Of a DNA stretch of 64,000 nucleotides, positions 33,836-45,234 are shown in pieces. A program made the position numbers and the translations under genes. A model generated the notes under the pieces. That model saw only the letters and a list, made by a program, of their open reading frames with translations, ran no database searches and was not told the DNA's origin. Source of the stretch: an uncultured Acidobacteriota bacterium (GTDB taxonomy: Bacteria > Acidobacteriota > Polarisedimenticolia > J045); contig CAVPCQ010000020.1 in assembly GCA_963702425.1 (NCBI GenBank), positions 32,001 to 96,000 on the forward strand, given 5' to 3'. Each line of letters begins with the position of its first letter. Positions within the stretch are counted from its first letter, which is position 1.

Positions 33836-34788
33836 CGCCGCCCGCTTCCCCGTCCGGCCTCCTCCTCGTCGACAAGCCCGGGGGGCGAACGAGCCACGAC
33901 GTCGTTCGCTGGGTCCGGCGCGAGCTGGGGCAGCGCCGCGTCGGCCACGCCGGCACGCTCGACCCGCTCGCAACCGGCCTCCTGCCGTGCCTCGTCGGAT
34001 CGGCCACGCGCCTCGTGCAGTACCTCCACGGCTGGCCGAAGACCTACGTCGGGGTGGTGGCCCTCGGGGCCGAGTCGCCGACCGGCGATATCGAGGGACT
34101 CGAGGGCACGCTGCCGCCCGCGGTCCCGACACCGCCTGCAGCCTCCGTCCTGGCCGCCGAGGAGCGACTGCGCGGAACCTACCTCCAGCAGCCGCCAGCC
34201 TTCTCGGCCAAGAAGATCGGCGGGGTGCGGGCGCACCACCTGGCCCGGCGGGGCTACGAGACCCCGCTCAGTCCCGTTCCGGTCACGGTCCACCGCCTGC
34301 GGCTGGTTCGCGCGGCCGGCGGTCGGATCCACTTCGCGGCCGAGGTCTCGAGCGGCACCTACCTCCGCAGCCTGGCCCGCGACCTCGGACGCCTGCTCGG
34401 GACGGGCGCCTACCTCGCGGTGCTGCGCCGCACGGGGATCGGCCCCTTGCGGGTTCGGCAGGCCCTGCGCCCCTCCTGGGAGAGCGGGACCTGCGCCGGG
34501 CTCGCGGACCGCCTGCTGGGTCTCGAGGCGATCCCGCTGCGCCTCCCGACGGTGGTGCTGGACCGGGACGGGAGCCGGCTGTTCTCCCAGGGACGGTTGG
34601 TTCCCGGCCGCCCCGGGACGGTCACGGGACCGGCCCGGGCACTGGACGCGGAGGGTCGTCTCCTGGGCGTCGCGGAGATCGCCGAGGGGGGCGAGTTGGC
34701 CCCCCGGACCGTGCTCCGCGAGGCGGATCCGGTCGCGGGGAGCGGAGCCGGCTCCTGGTCGCTTGCCCACCCGGTCGACGGGTGGTAA
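33832..34788 (+). CDS. truB: tRNA pseudouridine(55) synthase TruB
   Basis: [57 protein letters not shown]. Confidence 0.95.
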
Positions 34789-34791
34789 CCT
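34763..34791 (+). promoter_or_regulatory. Putative rpsO-pnp promoter in the truB 3' end
   Basis: TTGCCC, 17 nt, TGgTAACCT. Confidence 0.5.
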
Positions 34792-34885
34792 CCGCCGTTC
34801 TCAAACCGCGACAAGACCGAGAGATGAAACGAAGGCAGCAGTGCAAGCGGGCGCGGACGGGTTCCGAGCCCGGGAGAGTCTGACG

Positions 34886-35152
34886 TTGTCCCAGCGCATC
34901 GAGAAATCCGACATCATCACCGCGTTCCGCCAGCACCCCAGCGACACCGGCTCCCCCGAGGTCCAGGTGGCCCTGCTCTCCGAGCGGATCAACCACCTGA
35001 CCGGGCACTTCCACGACCACGTGAAGGACCATCATTCGCGGCTCGGTCTGTTGAAGCTCGTCGGGCAGCGCCGGCGCCTCCTGAACTACCTGCGGCGGAA
35101 GGACCCGGCCCGCTACCGCGACGTCATCCAGCGGCTCGGAATCCGCAAGTAG
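34886..35152 (+). CDS. rpsO: 30S ribosomal protein S15
   Basis: [43 protein letters not shown]; TTG start after GGAG gives 88 aa. Confidence 0.97.
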   Translation: MSQRIEKSDIITAFRQHPSDTGSPEVQVALLSERINHLTGHFHDHVKDHHSRLGLLKLVGQRRRLLNYLRRKDPARYRDVIQRLGIRK

Positions 35153-35285
35153 CCCGGTGCGCTGCGCTCCGGCGAGGAGCGCCGGTTTTCGAGCGCGTCT
35201 CGCGTTCTCCCGGGCGGCGGCGTTTCGGTCGCGTCAAACCGCCCCTTCACCTGCCGGCGGGCCAGGCGCCCGCGAGGAGTGAGTC

Positions 35286-37400
35286 GTGTCCCATCACAAA
35301 GTGGAAGTCTCCGTCGGCGGGCGCCCGCTGATCGTCGAAACCGGCCTGATGGCCAAACAGGCGGCCGGATCCGTCACCGTGCGCCAGGGCGACACCGTCG
35401 TGCTCGTGACCGCCCAGGCCGCGCCCACGCCGCGTGACGCGGGCTTCCTGCCGCTCACCGTCGACTACCGTGAGGGGATGTACGCCGCGGGCAAGATCCC
35501 TGGCGGGTTCTTCAAGCGCGAGGGGCGCCCGAACGAGAAGGAGACGCTCAGCTCGAGGCTGATCGACCGCCCGCTGCGTCCGCTCTTCCCGAAGGGCTGG
35601 AACTTCGAGACGCAGGTCATCGCGATGGTCCTCTCGGCCGACAAGGAGACGAACCCCGACGTGCTCGCGCTCACCGGCGCGGGCTTCGCGCTCGCGCTCT
35701 CGGACATCCCCTTCCCGCACCCGATCGCGGCCGTGCGCGTCGGCCTCGTCGACGGGAACTTCGTGATCAACCCGACGCACGAGCAGGTGGAGGCGAGCAA
35801 GCTCGACATCATCGTGGCCGCGACCGAGGAGGCCGTCGTGATGGTCGAGGCGGGCGCGAAGGAGGCCACCGAGGAGGAGGTCGTCGGCGCGCTGTTCGCG
35901 GGGCACGAGGCGATCCGCACGATCATCGCCACGCAGAAGAAGCTCGCCGCCGCCGCGGGCAAGACCAAGCGCGAGTTCGCGCCGCCGCCCTTCCCCGAGG
36001 GAATCCGCGCGATGGTGTTCGAGAACGCGGGGCGGCCGCTCTACGAGGCGATGCAGATCCCGCGCAAGCTCGAGTCGTACCACACGGTGGACGCGATCCT
36101 CGCCGGGTTGGTGGCCGCGCTCCCCGAGGACCGCAAGGCCGACGAGCGCTACGTCAAGGAGGCGTTCTACGACCTGCAGGACGAGATCCTGCACAATCAC
36201 ACGATCGACAAGCGCGTCCGGCTCGACGGCCGCGCGCTCGACCAGATCCGCCCGGTCTCGATCGTCGTCGGGCCGCTGCCCCGGACCCACGGCTCGGTGC
36301 TGTTCACGCGCGGCGAGACCCAGGCGCTGGCTACGACGACGCTGGGCACCTCGAACGACACGCAGCGGCTCGACTGGCTCGAGTTCGAGGGCGAGAAGCG
36401 CTTCATGCTGCACTACAACTTCCCGCCCTTCTCGGTCGGCGAGGTCCGGTTCCTCCGCGGCGCCGGCCGGCGCGAGATCGGGCACGGCGCGCTCGCCGAG
36501 CGCGCCCTGCGCCCGGTCCTCCCTCCCGAGGAGAAGTTCCCTTACACGATCCGGATCGTCTCGGACATCCTCGAGTCGAACGGCTCGTCGTCGATGGCCT
36601 CGGTCTGCGGCGGCTCGCTCGCGCTGATGGATGCCGGCGTGCCGATCAAGCGGGCGGTCGCCGGGATCGCGATGGGCCTGGTGATGCGGGACGACAAGTA
36701 CGCAATCCTGACCGACATCGCGGGCGCCGAGGACCATCACGGCGACATGGACTTCAAGGTCACCGGGACGCGGGACGGCATCACGGCGCTGCAGATGGAC
36801 ATCAAGATCACCGGGGTCACGCGGGAGATCATGCGCGAGGCGCTCGAGCAGGCCCGCCGCGCGCGGATGCAGCTGCTCGAGATCATGGATGGTGCGCTCG
36901 CCGCGCCGCGCTCCGACGTGTCCCAGTTCGCGCCGCGCATCCTGACGATCCACATCTCCAAGGACCGGATCCGCGACGTGATCGGACCCGGCGGCAAGAT
37001 GATCCGTTCGATCCAGGAGCAGACCGGCTGCGAGATCATGATCGAGGACGACGGGCGCGTGGACATCGCCTCGGTCAATCTCGACAGCGCCCGCCGCGCT
37101 GCCGACATCATCCGCGGACTGACCGCGGAAGCGGAGCACGGGAAGATCTACCTGGGCAAGGTCGTACGCACCACGTCGTTCGGGGCATTCGTCGAGATCC
37201 TGCCGGGGACCGAAGGACTGGTCCACATCTCGGAGCTGGCCGAGCACCGCGTCAAGAACACGACCGACGAGGTCCAGGAAGGTGACGAGATCCTGGTGAA
37301 GGTCATCGATCTCGACAACAACGGCAAGATCCGCCTGTCGCGGAAGGCCGCGATGCGCGAGCAGACCAGCGCAGCAGCTCCGGAGCCGGGGACTCCCTGA
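35286..37400 (+). CDS. pnp: Polyribonucleotide nucleotidyltransferase (PNPase)
   Basis: [51 protein letters not shown] and S1 domains. Confidence 0.98.
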   Translation: MSHHKVEVSVGGRPLIVETGLMAKQAAGSVTVRQGDTVVLVTAQAAPTPRDAGFLPLTVDYREGMYAAGKIPGGFFKREGRPNEKETLSSRLIDRPLRPLFPKGWNFETQVIAMVLSADKETNPDVLALTGAGFALALSDIPFPHPIAAVRVGLVDGNFVINPTHEQVEASKLDIIVAATEEAVVMVEAGAKEATEEEVVGALFAGHEAIRTIIATQKKLAAAAGKTKREFAPPPFPEGIRAMVFENAGRPLYEAMQIPRKLESYHTVDAILAGLVAALPEDRKADERYVKEAFYDLQDEILHNHTIDKRVRLDGRALDQIRPVSIVVGPLPRTHGSVLFTRGETQALATTTLGTSNDTQRLDWLEFEGEKRFMLHYNFPPFSVGEVRFLRGAGRREIGHGALAERALRPVLPPEEKFPYTIRIVSDILESNGSSSMASVCGGSLALMDAGVPIKRAVAGIAMGLVMRDDKYAILTDIAGAEDHHGDMDFKVTGTRDGITALQMDIKITGVTREIMREALEQARRARMQLLEIMDGALAAPRSDVSQFAPRILTIHISKDRIRDVIGPGGKMIRSIQEQTGCEIMIEDDGRVDIASVNLDSARRAADIIRGLTAEAEHGKIYLGKVVRTTSFGAFVEILPGTEGLVHISELAEHRVKNTTDEVQEGDEILVKVIDLDNNGKIRLSRKAAMREQTSAAAPEPGTP

Positions 37401-37425
37401 GTCCCCGCTTCGGCGGGAGGCGTCG

Positions 37426-38664
37426 GTGTCGAGGAAGCTGGGCGATCTGCTCGTGGAGCAGGGGCGGATCACGCCGCTCGAGCTCCAGGAGGCGCTGCGC
37501 GCCCAGCGCATCTTCGGCGGCTCCCTCGGCACCCACCTGCTCCAGCTCGGCTTCGTTTCCGAGTCGGAACTCGGGACCGCGCTCGAGACCGTGCACGGCG
37601 TACCGTGCGTGGGCCGCGCGGAGCTGGTCACCGCGGCGCCCGAGGTCTTCGCTCTGCTCCCTGCCGATTACGCGCGCCGTCACCGGGCGCTGCCGTTCCG
37701 GGTCGAGGGGGACGAGCTCTTCCTCGCGCTCCAGAACCCGGCGGACACGCTCGCTCTCCACGAGGCGGCGTTTCTGACCGGGTTCCGGGTCGTCCCGCAC
37801 GTGGCCCCGGAAGCGGTGATCAGGGACGCGCTCGCCGCGCATCTCCGGCTTGACCTCGCCTCGGCGGCGACGACGTCCGCTCGCGCCCCCATGCCCGCCC
37901 CTCCGGTCCAGGACGTCACCACAGGACCGATGCGCGCAACGGACCGGCAGGCGCGCGCCCTCAGTCCGTCGCCGGCCATCCGCCCGCCCGGCGCGGCGGT
38001 CGACACGAACCCGATCGTCGTCGCCTCGGGAACGCCTCCACACGCGCGGGCGGGCGCGGGGGTCGAGGGCCCCGCTGGGGAAGCCCCGGACGACGAGGAG
38101 TCGCCCACCGCAGCCCTGCGCCACCCCGTGACCGCGAGCGGCGCGACCGGCCGGTCCAGTTCCGCCGCGCCGGACCCGCTCGCGGACGTCGGACGACGGC
38201 TCGCCTCGGCCACGACCCGCGACGGGGTCCTCGCGGTCGCGCTGGCGGAGATCGCGGCCCACTTCCCGCGCGCCTGCGCCTTCGCGTTGCGCGGGGACGA
38301 GGCGGTTCTCTGGAGCTCCTCGGGACTCCCGCGCCCGCCGACGCGGCCGATCGCGATCCCGCTCGACGAGACCTCGGTGCTGTCCTTCGCGGACGACGGA
38401 CCGGTGGTCCGCTACGGCCCGGTCGCCGCCACCCCGTCGAACCAGGATCTCTACATTCTGCTCGGGGGCCGGATTCCGCGCGTGGCGCTCGTGGTCCCGG
38501 TACAGGTCAAGAAGCGGACGGTCGTCGTGCTGTACGGCGACGACCCGGAGGGGACCTCGCGCCCCCCCGATTTCGTCCGCGTACGGCGGCTCGCCGCGCT
38601 GACGTCGTGGGCTCTCGAAGCGGTGATCCTGCGGGGCAAGATCCTGCGCGAGAGCGGCGCCTAG
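37426..38664 (+). CDS. MshEN/T2SSE_N-domain protein with Pro/Ala linker and C-terminal GAF-like domain (no ATPase)
   Basis: [24 protein letters not shown] + [21 protein letters not shown] tandem motif; T2SSE_N-like [16 protein letters not shown]; C-terminal [19 protein letters not shown]. Confidence 0.75.
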   Translation: MSRKLGDLLVEQGRITPLELQEALRAQRIFGGSLGTHLLQLGFVSESELGTALETVHGVPCVGRAELVTAAPEVFALLPADYARRHRALPFRVEGDELFLALQNPADTLALHEAAFLTGFRVVPHVAPEAVIRDALAAHLRLDLASAATTSARAPMPAPPVQDVTTGPMRATDRQARALSPSPAIRPPGAAVDTNPIVVASGTPPHARAGAGVEGPAGEAPDDEESPTAALRHPVTASGATGRSSSAAPDPLADVGRRLASATTRDGVLAVALAEIAAHFPRACAFALRGDEAVLWSSSGLPRPPTRPIAIPLDETSVLSFADDGPVVRYGPVAATPSNQDLYILLGGRIPRVALVVPVQVKKRTVVVLYGDDPEGTSRPPDFVRVRRLAALTSWALEAVILRGKILRESGA

Positions 38665-39836
38665 AGCGCCTGCGCGCGGTCCCCGATCAGGATCTCGACC
38701 ACCGATTCGAGCACCTTGATCGTCGAACCGAATTCGCCGGTCACCAGCACGACCCCCTGTCCGAGGACGCGGCGCGGCGCGTTGTTCTCGCCCGGCCGCC
38801 AGAAGAGGACCTGGTCGCCAACCGTGAGTCCCGCACCGCTCCCGAGGTCGATCCCGACCGTGTGCCCCTCGCTCGACATCACCGCCTCCGGCTCGAAGGA
38901 GGTGACGACCCATCCGAGTGTTCCCTCGGTGATCCCGGCGAGCTGCTCGAGCCGACGGACCTCGATCACCGGCAGCGGCGAGCTCTCCAGCGGGACCAGG
39001 CGGTCGCCCAGCAGCATCGCGTCGCAGGCGGTCCTGATCTCGGCCGTCGCGGTGTCCGCCTGGACGGCGATGATGCGCAGCCAGCCGAGATGGCGGATGA
39101 ACTGCGCCTGATCCTTGGCGGTCACGGGGTTGCGGACGGTCCCTGCCGAGCGCAGCACCGCGAACTCCTGGCCCGGCACCATGCCACGGCTTGCGCCCCC
39201 CTCGACGTAGACGATGTCCCCTTCGCCCTGGAGGATCTTGTCCGGCTCCTCGCGCGCGAAGATCTTCGACGCCGCGGGATCGATTCCCGCCGCGAGCTGC
39301 GGTGCGCAGCGCATCTCCACCTCGGATGCGACCGGCAACCGGAGGGGGACGCTCGGCGCGGCAGAAGGCGTCTGCGCGGGTTCGGGCCTCGGCGGAGCGG
39401 AGGTCCACGGCTCGCGGACCGGTTCCGGTTCGGCCGGCGCAGGGGCCTCGCCGACCACGGTCGGCGCGCCCGGGATCACGATCGGATCGCCGGGGTAGAT
39501 CCAGTGCGAGTAGGTGATCCAGCGATTCGCATCCCAGATCGTCGGCCACAGGTAGGGGTCGTTGAACGACTGCTGGGCAAGCGCCCAGAGGCTGTCGCCC
39601 GGGGCCACGACGTGGACCTGCGCCCCCTCCGACGGAACCGGTGGGGAGTAGGGGGTCCAGTGGTCGCCGACCAGGTGCAGCCCCTTCGGCGGCGGAACAT
39701 AGCCCGTGACCCGGCCGTCCGCGGCGGGCGCGGCGCTGCCGCGCTGTTCCTCGATCTGCGCGAGGACCGCGGCTGCCGAACAGACGACGAGCGAAACGAC
39801 GATGAGGGCGATGCCCACGCCCCTCTCCCTGGACAT
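38661..39836 (-). CDS. Secreted LysM peptidoglycan-binding protein (TsaP/FlgT-C-like architecture)
   Basis: Signal peptide; HVVAPGDSLWALA..PYLWPTIWDAN..HWIYPGD; C-terminal beta domains (GDIVYVEGG, IDLGSGAGL.VGD). Confidence 0.85.
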   Translation of the reverse strand: MSRERGVGIALIVVSLVVCSAAAVLAQIEEQRGSAAPAADGRVTGYVPPPKGLHLVGDHWTPYSPPVPSEGAQVHVVAPGDSLWALAQQSFNDPYLWPTIWDANRWITYSHWIYPGDPIVIPGAPTVVGEAPAPAEPEPVREPWTSAPPRPEPAQTPSAAPSVPLRLPVASEVEMRCAPQLAAGIDPAASKIFAREEPDKILQGEGDIVYVEGGASRGMVPGQEFAVLRSAGTVRNPVTAKDQAQFIRHLGWLRIIAVQADTATAEIRTACDAMLLGDRLVPLESSPLPVIEVRRLEQLAGITEGTLGWVVTSFEPEAVMSSEGHTVGIDLGSGAGLTVGDQVLFWRPGENNAPRRVLGQGVVLVTGEFGSTIKVLESVVEILIGDRAQAL

Positions 39837-39926
39837 GCCTGCCTCCGCACCGGTTCCACACGACCGGTGTTCGCCACGGAATCTAGGTCCGCGAGGTGGC
39901 GAGCGGCAAGAGCCGTCCGGGACGGT

Positions 39927-40514
39927 TCATTCCTGTTCTCCGGAATCGGCCGCCGGAAGTCCGGCGGCGCTCAGCGTGGTGTCCCCGTAACGGCGTGACC
40001 AGCGGGGCGAAAGCGATCCCCACTCCACCGGATCGCCCGTCCGGTGCTCCACGATGACCAGGCTCTCGTCATCGAGCCAGCCACCGCCGGCGATCGCTTC
40101 GAGCCACCGGGAAAGGCGCCTTTCACCGTAGGGCGGGTCGAGGAAAAAGCACCGGACGCGCGGGGGCAGCAGCTCGCGGGCCGCGTTGCGAAGCCATTGA
40201 CCGGCCTCGACGGTGGCCAGCACGAGCCCCTCCGCGCCGCGCGGATCGAGTCCCAGGCGCTCGAGATTCCGGCGGATCGTCGCGACCGCGTGCCGGTCGT
40301 TCTCGACGAGCACGACCGGGCGCGCGCCCCGCGAGTAGGCCTCGAGTCCCACCGCGCCGGTGCCGGCCGCGAGGTCGACGAACGCTTGGTTGGACACACC
40401 GGCTCCGAGGATGTTGAACAGCGCCTCGCGCACGGGGTCAGCGGTGGGCCGCACCCCACGGCGCGGGACCGGCGCCAGCGTGCGGCCCTTGAACTCTCCG
40501 GAGACGATCCGCAT
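39927..40514 (-). CDS. rsmD: 16S rRNA (guanine(966)-N2)-methyltransferase RsmD
   Basis: MRIVSGEFKGR, RPT.D.VREALFNIL, DLAAGTGAVGLEAYSRGA, FLDPPY, YGDT. Confidence 0.93.
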   Translation of the reverse strand: MRIVSGEFKGRTLAPVPRRGVRPTADPVREALFNILGAGVSNQAFVDLAAGTGAVGLEAYSRGARPVVLVENDRHAVATIRRNLERLGLDPRGAEGLVLATVEAGQWLRNAARELLPPRVRCFFLDPPYGERRLSRWLEAIAGGGWLDDESLVIVEHRTGDPVEWGSLSPRWSRRYGDTTLSAAGLPAADSGEQE

Positions 40515-40519
40515 CGCGC

Positions 40520-41677
40520 TCAGAACTCGCCGTTGGCCTGCGCCCACTCGAGCTGACGCTCGAGCTGCGTCGCACTGTCGAAGCCGGAGATCCGGAAGGT
40601 GAAGGTCACTCCTTCGCGATCGCGCGGGAAGTCGACGGGCAGGGGCGGCATCACGGCGCGGCGCAGCGCTGCCGCCGACGCTTCGTCGAGCGTCGGGATC
40701 GGCGACGGGCGGGTGACGTCGACCGCTTCGACCGGACCGGGCCGCGTGAGGTAGAAGTGGATCGCAACCGTTCCATCGAGGTCGGGAAGCCGCAGCACGT
40801 TCTGGTCGCGCTCAAAGCGGCGCGCCCGGCCGAGGAGTTCCCGCAGCCAGGCGCGGTAGACCGCGAAGTAAACCTTCGTCGAGTAGTCGGACCAGTTGTA
40901 GTCGCCGCTGTCGAAGTGCAGGTCGCCGAACAGACCGCCGGTGATCTTCTGGTTGAAGTCCGGCCCCGTTCCGGGCCCGGTGCTGCGCCCCCGGCCGGTT
41001 CCGCCGGTCCCCTCGCCCGGGCGCGGCCGATCGGGGACCTCATAGCGGCGCGGGAAGGTCGGGTTCTCGGCACGCGGAGACGACGGCGGCTCGTCCTCCG
41101 GCCGCCGCGTCGCGACGTCGCCGTCCGGTCCGCGGTCGAGGCCCGTCGGACCCTCGACGGCGGGCGCGACGGGCCGCTTCGTCGGATCGATCGGCTCGGC
41201 CGCCGTCGCGGGCGGCTCGGGAATGGCGTCCCGGGCCGCGGCGGCGTCCCCGCCCCCGGGCGGCGGCGGGGCGTGGACCTCGGCCTCCGGCCCGGGCGGC
41301 CGCAGGGCCCGGCCCGCCTCCGGTCCCTGCTTGCTGTTCCAACCCAGGAGGGGGACATCGGGCGGGATCTGACGCTCCGCCGGATTCGCCGGAGTGGGGG
41401 GCGCGGGGGGCGGCACGGCGGGGGCGGGGCGGGGGGGCGATGGCGGCGCGACGGGCACCGGGATGTCGATCGGGGGCCGCGGCTCCTGGAACGACAGGGC
41501 GACGTCCGGCTCCTGTTCCGGCTCGGGCGGGCGGTCGGGGAGCCGAGTCGCCTGGACCACGAGCAGCAACGCGAGCACTCCGTGCACGGCAACCGAGACG
41601 ACGAGACCGGTCCAAGGGCTGCGATCCGGCGCAGGGTCGACCAGCGGGGTGCGATCGAAGAGGGACGGCGCGGTCAC
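40520..41677 (-). CDS. TonB/TolA C-terminal domain protein
   Basis: N-terminal TM with SxxxH (SVAVHG), long Pro-rich linker, C-terminal PSPIPTLDEAS..A...PPLP.DFP..VTFTF. Confidence 0.8.
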   Translation of the reverse strand: MTAPSLFDRTPLVDPAPDRSPWTGLVVSVAVHGVLALLLVVQATRLPDRPPEPEQEPDVALSFQEPRPPIDIPVPVAPPSPPRPAPAVPPPAPPTPANPAERQIPPDVPLLGWNSKQGPEAGRALRPPGPEAEVHAPPPPGGGDAAAARDAIPEPPATAAEPIDPTKRPVAPAVEGPTGLDRGPDGDVATRRPEDEPPSSPRAENPTFPRRYEVPDRPRPGEGTGGTGRGRSTGPGTGPDFNQKITGGLFGDLHFDSGDYNWSDYSTKVYFAVYRAWLRELLGRARRFERDQNVLRLPDLDGTVAIHFYLTRPGPVEAVDVTRPSPIPTLDEASAAALRRAVMPPLPVDFPRDREGVTFTFRISGFDSATQLERQLEWAQANGEF

Positions 41678-42834
41678 CGCTGCGCTCCGTCTTCGAGCCC
41701 GGCGGCGAGCTCGTGGAACGCGATCCGCCACGATCGGATTGGCAGGTCGCGCCAGTCGGGGTGGACCGCGTTGGCTAGCAGCACGGCGACGAGCGGCCGC
41801 TCGGGGTCGACGAAAACCGACGCGCCCGTGAACCCGACGTGGCCGATCGCGCCCGGCCCGAACGCATCCCCGGCCGGCGCCTTGGGCGCGATCGCGGACT
41901 GGAATCCGAGGGTGTACGCATCGCTCGCATTCATGACGCGCGGTGTCAGGAACCGGTTGACGACGGGTGCGGAGAACAGAGGGAGCGCCCCGCAGCAGGC
42001 CGAAACCAGGCGGAAGACGGCGCGCGCCGTGCCGAAGAGGCCCGCGTGACCGGCGACCCCCCCGAGGAGCGCCGCGTTGCCGTCGTGCACCACGCCCCGC
42101 AGCGGCGCGGAAGGGCCCGGGACGAGTTCCTCGCCCGGTCCCGCCTGGCCGGCCAGTTCCGCCTCCCGCCGGCGCCCGCGTTCCGTCGGCGCGACGCGAG
42201 CGAGACCCGTCAACGGGAGCGGGCCGAAGGCACAATCCGCGGGGCCGAGCCCGAGCGGCGCACGCACGAGCCGCGCGAACAAGGCATCGAGCCGCTCATC
42301 CCCAGCCCGCTCGCACGCCACCCCGGCGACGATCGCCCCGAGATCCGAGTAGCGCGGGCCGCGCTCGCCGGCGCGTCCCGCGGGCGCGAGGCCCGCGATC
42401 GCCGAGGCCACGCCGTCTCTCGACACTTCCGGCAACAGCCGGTAGAGCGGCCGCCAGGCCGGGAAGCCGGCGTCATGCGCCAGCAGCGACGCCAGGCTTG
42501 GCGTGCGCCCCGCGTAGTTCTCGAGTTCCGGGAGCAGGTCGTCGAGCGGCGCCTCGAGATCGACCCGGCCGAGTTCCGCCAGCCGCGCCGCGACCGCTGC
42601 GGTCACGAGCGGCTTGGTCAGACTGGCCAGGTCGTAGAGCGCCTCACCTTCGGCCGGGAGCGGCTCCTCGGCCGGACTCAGCGCGAGGCAGCCGGCGGCA
42701 CCCGACCAGCGGGGCTCCTCGCCCGGCGGCCCGACCGCCCAGGCACAACCGGGCCAGTCGCCGCGCGTGGCGTGCGATCGGGCCCAGGCGTCGAGGCCCG
42801 GGTGCCCCGCAGTTCCGGGGGCGGCGGCGGTCAT
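41674..42834 (-). CDS. Serine hydrolase, beta-lactamase (AmpC-like) family
   Basis: SxxK (ASLTK), LLAH.AG, YSD, GVVHDGNA..GGVAGHAGLF, GHVGFTG. Confidence 0.88.
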   Translation of the reverse strand: MTAAAPGTAGHPGLDAWARSHATRGDWPGCAWAVGPPGEEPRWSGAAGCLALSPAEEPLPAEGEALYDLASLTKPLVTAAVAARLAELGRVDLEAPLDDLLPELENYAGRTPSLASLLAHDAGFPAWRPLYRLLPEVSRDGVASAIAGLAPAGRAGERGPRYSDLGAIVAGVACERAGDERLDALFARLVRAPLGLGPADCAFGPLPLTGLARVAPTERGRRREAELAGQAGPGEELVPGPSAPLRGVVHDGNAALLGGVAGHAGLFGTARAVFRLVSACCGALPLFSAPVVNRFLTPRVMNASDAYTLGFQSAIAPKAPAGDAFGPGAIGHVGFTGASVFVDPERPLVAVLLANAVHPDWRDLPIRSWRIAFHELAAGLEDGAQR

Positions 42835-42923
42835 CGAGCGCTCCTCACCGTCGGCTCGGTCCGTCTCTCCAGGAGCCCAGCCGGCACACCGGCGGGGCGG
42901 CCCGCGGCGTGGGCGGCGCGGGG

Positions 42924-43739
42924 TCAGGCCTCAGGGCTGTCCCCGAGCCGGATCGGAATCACGCCGCGGGGCGAGTTGCGGACGAACTCGACCATCTGGC
43001 GCACCTCGGGCACCTGGCCCCATCGCGACTCGACCTCCGCCAGCGCCTGCTCGCGGCGCAGCTGCGGGCTGAAAATGCGTCGGACCGCCTGGTCCAGCGC
43101 CTCGATCAGTTCCTTCGCGAAGCCCCTGCGGATGAGACCGATCTTGTTCACGCCGAAGCAGTGTGCGCGGTTCCCGACCGTCGTGCAAAACGGCATCGCG
43201 TCACGCGTGATGACCGAGTAGCCGCCGATGAAGGCGTGCGGGCCGACCCGACAGAACTGGTGCACCCCGGAGAAGGCCCCGACAGTGGCGTAGTCCCCGA
43301 CCTCGATGTGTCCACCCAGCGTCGCGCCGTTGACGAACAGGACGCCGTCTCCGATCTGGCAGTCGTGTGCGATGTGCGTGCCGACCATGAACAGGCCGTT
43401 GCTGCCGATCCGGGTCACGTTCCCGCCGTGCTCGCTGCCGCGGTGGATCGTGCAGCTCTCGCGGAAGGTGTTCTGGTCGCCGATCACCAGCTCGCTCGGC
43501 TCGCCGCGATACTTGAGGTCCTGGGGACGGACCCCGATCGTGGTGTAGGGCCCGACGATGTTCCCTTTCCCCATCGTGGTCCGGCCGTCCACGATCGCGT
43601 GGGGGCCGACCCAGCAGTCGTCGCCGATCACCGCCTCGGGCCCGATCATCGCGAACGGGGCCACGGTCACCCGCTCCCCCAGGCGCGCGTCGGGATGGAC
43701 GACCGCCCGCGGATCGATCCCCTTGATCCACTCGATCAT
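42924..43739 (-). CDS. lpxA: UDP-N-acetylglucosamine O-acyltransferase
   Basis: Hexapeptide repeats, PQDLKY.GE, HIAHDC, LGGH, VHQFC. Confidence 0.96.
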   Translation of the reverse strand: MIEWIKGIDPRAVVHPDARLGERVTVAPFAMIGPEAVIGDDCWVGPHAIVDGRTTMGKGNIVGPYTTIGVRPQDLKYRGEPSELVIGDQNTFRESCTIHRGSEHGGNVTRIGSNGLFMVGTHIAHDCQIGDGVLFVNGATLGGHIEVGDYATVGAFSGVHQFCRVGPHAFIGGYSVITRDAMPFCTTVGNRAHCFGVNKIGLIRRGFAKELIEALDQAVRRIFSPQLRREQALAEVESRWGQVPEVRQMVEFVRNSPRGVIPIRLGDSPEA

Positions 43740-44191
43740 CGCGCCGCCTCCTTCCGGTCGAGCATGTGCGAACGGATGATCGCTTCCGCGACGATCTCGG
43801 TGCCGACCTTGGCGATCGCCTTCATCTTCGCGGCGCGCGGGCGCAGCTGGAGCACGTCGATCTCCAGCCGCAGCACGTCGCCGGGCCCCACCGGCCGGCG
43901 GAACCTTGCCTCGTCGATGCCGGTGAAGTAGACCAGCCGCTCCTTCCGCTCCGGGACTTCGTGCAGCACGAGCACCGCCGCCGTCTGCGCCAGCGCTTCG
44001 ATGATCAGCACCCCGGGCATCACCGGGACCCCGGGAAAGTGCCCCTGGAAGTAGGGCTCGTTCACCGAGACGCACTTGAGACCGACGATCCGCTTGCGCG
44101 GCTCGAGTTCGACGATCCGGTCGACGAGGAGAAACGGGTAGCGGTGCGGCAGGAGTTCGAGGATCTTCTGGATGTCGAACACCGTCTTCAC
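43736..44191 (-). CDS. fabZ: 3-hydroxyacyl-ACP dehydratase
   Basis: [44 protein letters not shown]. Confidence 0.97.
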   Translation of the reverse strand: MKTVFDIQKILELLPHRYPFLLVDRIVELEPRKRIVGLKCVSVNEPYFQGHFPGVPVMPGVLIIEALAQTAAVLVLHEVPERKERLVYFTGIDEARFRRPVGPGDVLRLEIDVLQLRPRAAKMKAIAKVGTEIVAEAIIRSHMLDRKEAAR

Positions 44192-45234
44192 TCTTGCTCT
44201 CCTTCCGGCGGGCCGGCACCGCCCATCACGCGGCGCCACAGTTCGGGGAGACGCGCCTGGATCGCCACCATCCGGCGCCAACGCCGCATCGGCAGCGCGG
44301 GGATGCCGGCCACGACCTCGCCGCCCGCGAGATCGCTCAGCACCGCCGACTTGGCGGCGACGATCGCGTGGTCTCCCACGACCCGGTGGTCGGCGACGCC
44401 CGACTGGCCTCCCATGAGCACGCCGCGGCCGAGGCGGGAGCTGCCGGCGACGCCGCTCTGCGCAGCGATCATCGAGTCCGGCCCGACCTCGACGTTGTGC
44501 GCGATCTGGACCAGGTTGTCGAGCCGGGACCGATCGCCGAGGCGCGTCTCCCCGAACGTCGCCCGGTCGATCGTCGCATTCGCCCCGACCTCGCAGTCCT
44601 CACCGATCACGACCCGACCGAGGTGAGGCACGCGCAGCGCCCGCCCGGCCTCGTCGAATGCGTGGCCGAATCCCGGCGCCCCGATCACCGCCCCCGCGAG
44701 CAGCGTCGTGCGCGCGCCGACGATGGTCCGGGGGTAGATCACCACCCGCGGATGCAGCGTGACGTCGTCGCCCAGCTCGACCTCGTCGAGCAGCACGCTT
44801 CCGGCCCCGACCAGGACGCGGTCACCGAGCTGGCAGCGGTCGCCGATCACGGCGCAGGGACCGACCGAGACCTCCACACCGAACGCGACCCCGTCGCCGA
44901 CGACGGCGGTCGGGTGAACGCCGGCAGCCGGCCGGAGCTGGGGGTGGAGCAGGGCGATCGCGCGGGCGAACGCCGCCTTCGGCGCCTTCGCCAGGAGCAG
45001 GGGGCGCCCCGGCAGGTCGGCGGCGGCCTCCTCCGGGACGATCAGCGCCCCGGCGCGCGAGTCCCGGGCCCGACCGGCGTATTTCCGGTCGTAGAGCGCA
45101 ACGAGTTCGTCGGGCCCCGCCCCCTCCAGGTCGGCGGCACCAACGATCCGGACCCCCTCCGGGCCCCGGTAGGTCGCACCGAGGGCCTTGGCAAGGTCGG
45201 CAGCGCGCCAGGGCCGGGAGGAGGGAGGGATCAC
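44188..45234 (-). CDS. lpxD: UDP-3-O-acylglucosamine N-acyltransferase
   Basis: Hexapeptide repeats, [28 protein letters not shown]. Confidence 0.95.
   Translation of the reverse strand: MIPPSSRPWRAADLAKALGATYRGPEGVRIVGAADLEGAGPDELVALYDRKYAGRARDSRAGALIVPEEAAADLPGRPLLLAKAPKAAFARAIALLHPQLRPAAGVHPTAVVGDGVAFGVEVSVGPCAVIGDRCQLGDRVLVGAGSVLLDEVELGDDVTLHPRVVIYPRTIVGARTTLLAGAVIGAPGFGHAFDEAGRALRVPHLGRVVIGEDCEVGANATIDRATFGETRLGDRSRLDNLVQIAHNVEVGPDSMIAAQSGVAGSSRLGRGVLMGGQSGVADHRVVGDHAIVAAKSAVLSDLAGGEVVAGIPALPMRRWRRMVAIQARLPELWRRVMGGAGPPEGEQE

Noticed and set aside
37401-37420. UUCG hairpin after pnp as a terminator
   Set aside because: Short stem and no U tract; it overlaps the next gene's RBS, so it is not called as a terminator.
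41674-42834. Beta-lactam resistance gene
   Set aside because: The fold family is broad; no signal peptide, and the YSD/HVG motifs fit esterase/amidase members rather than class C beta-lactamases.
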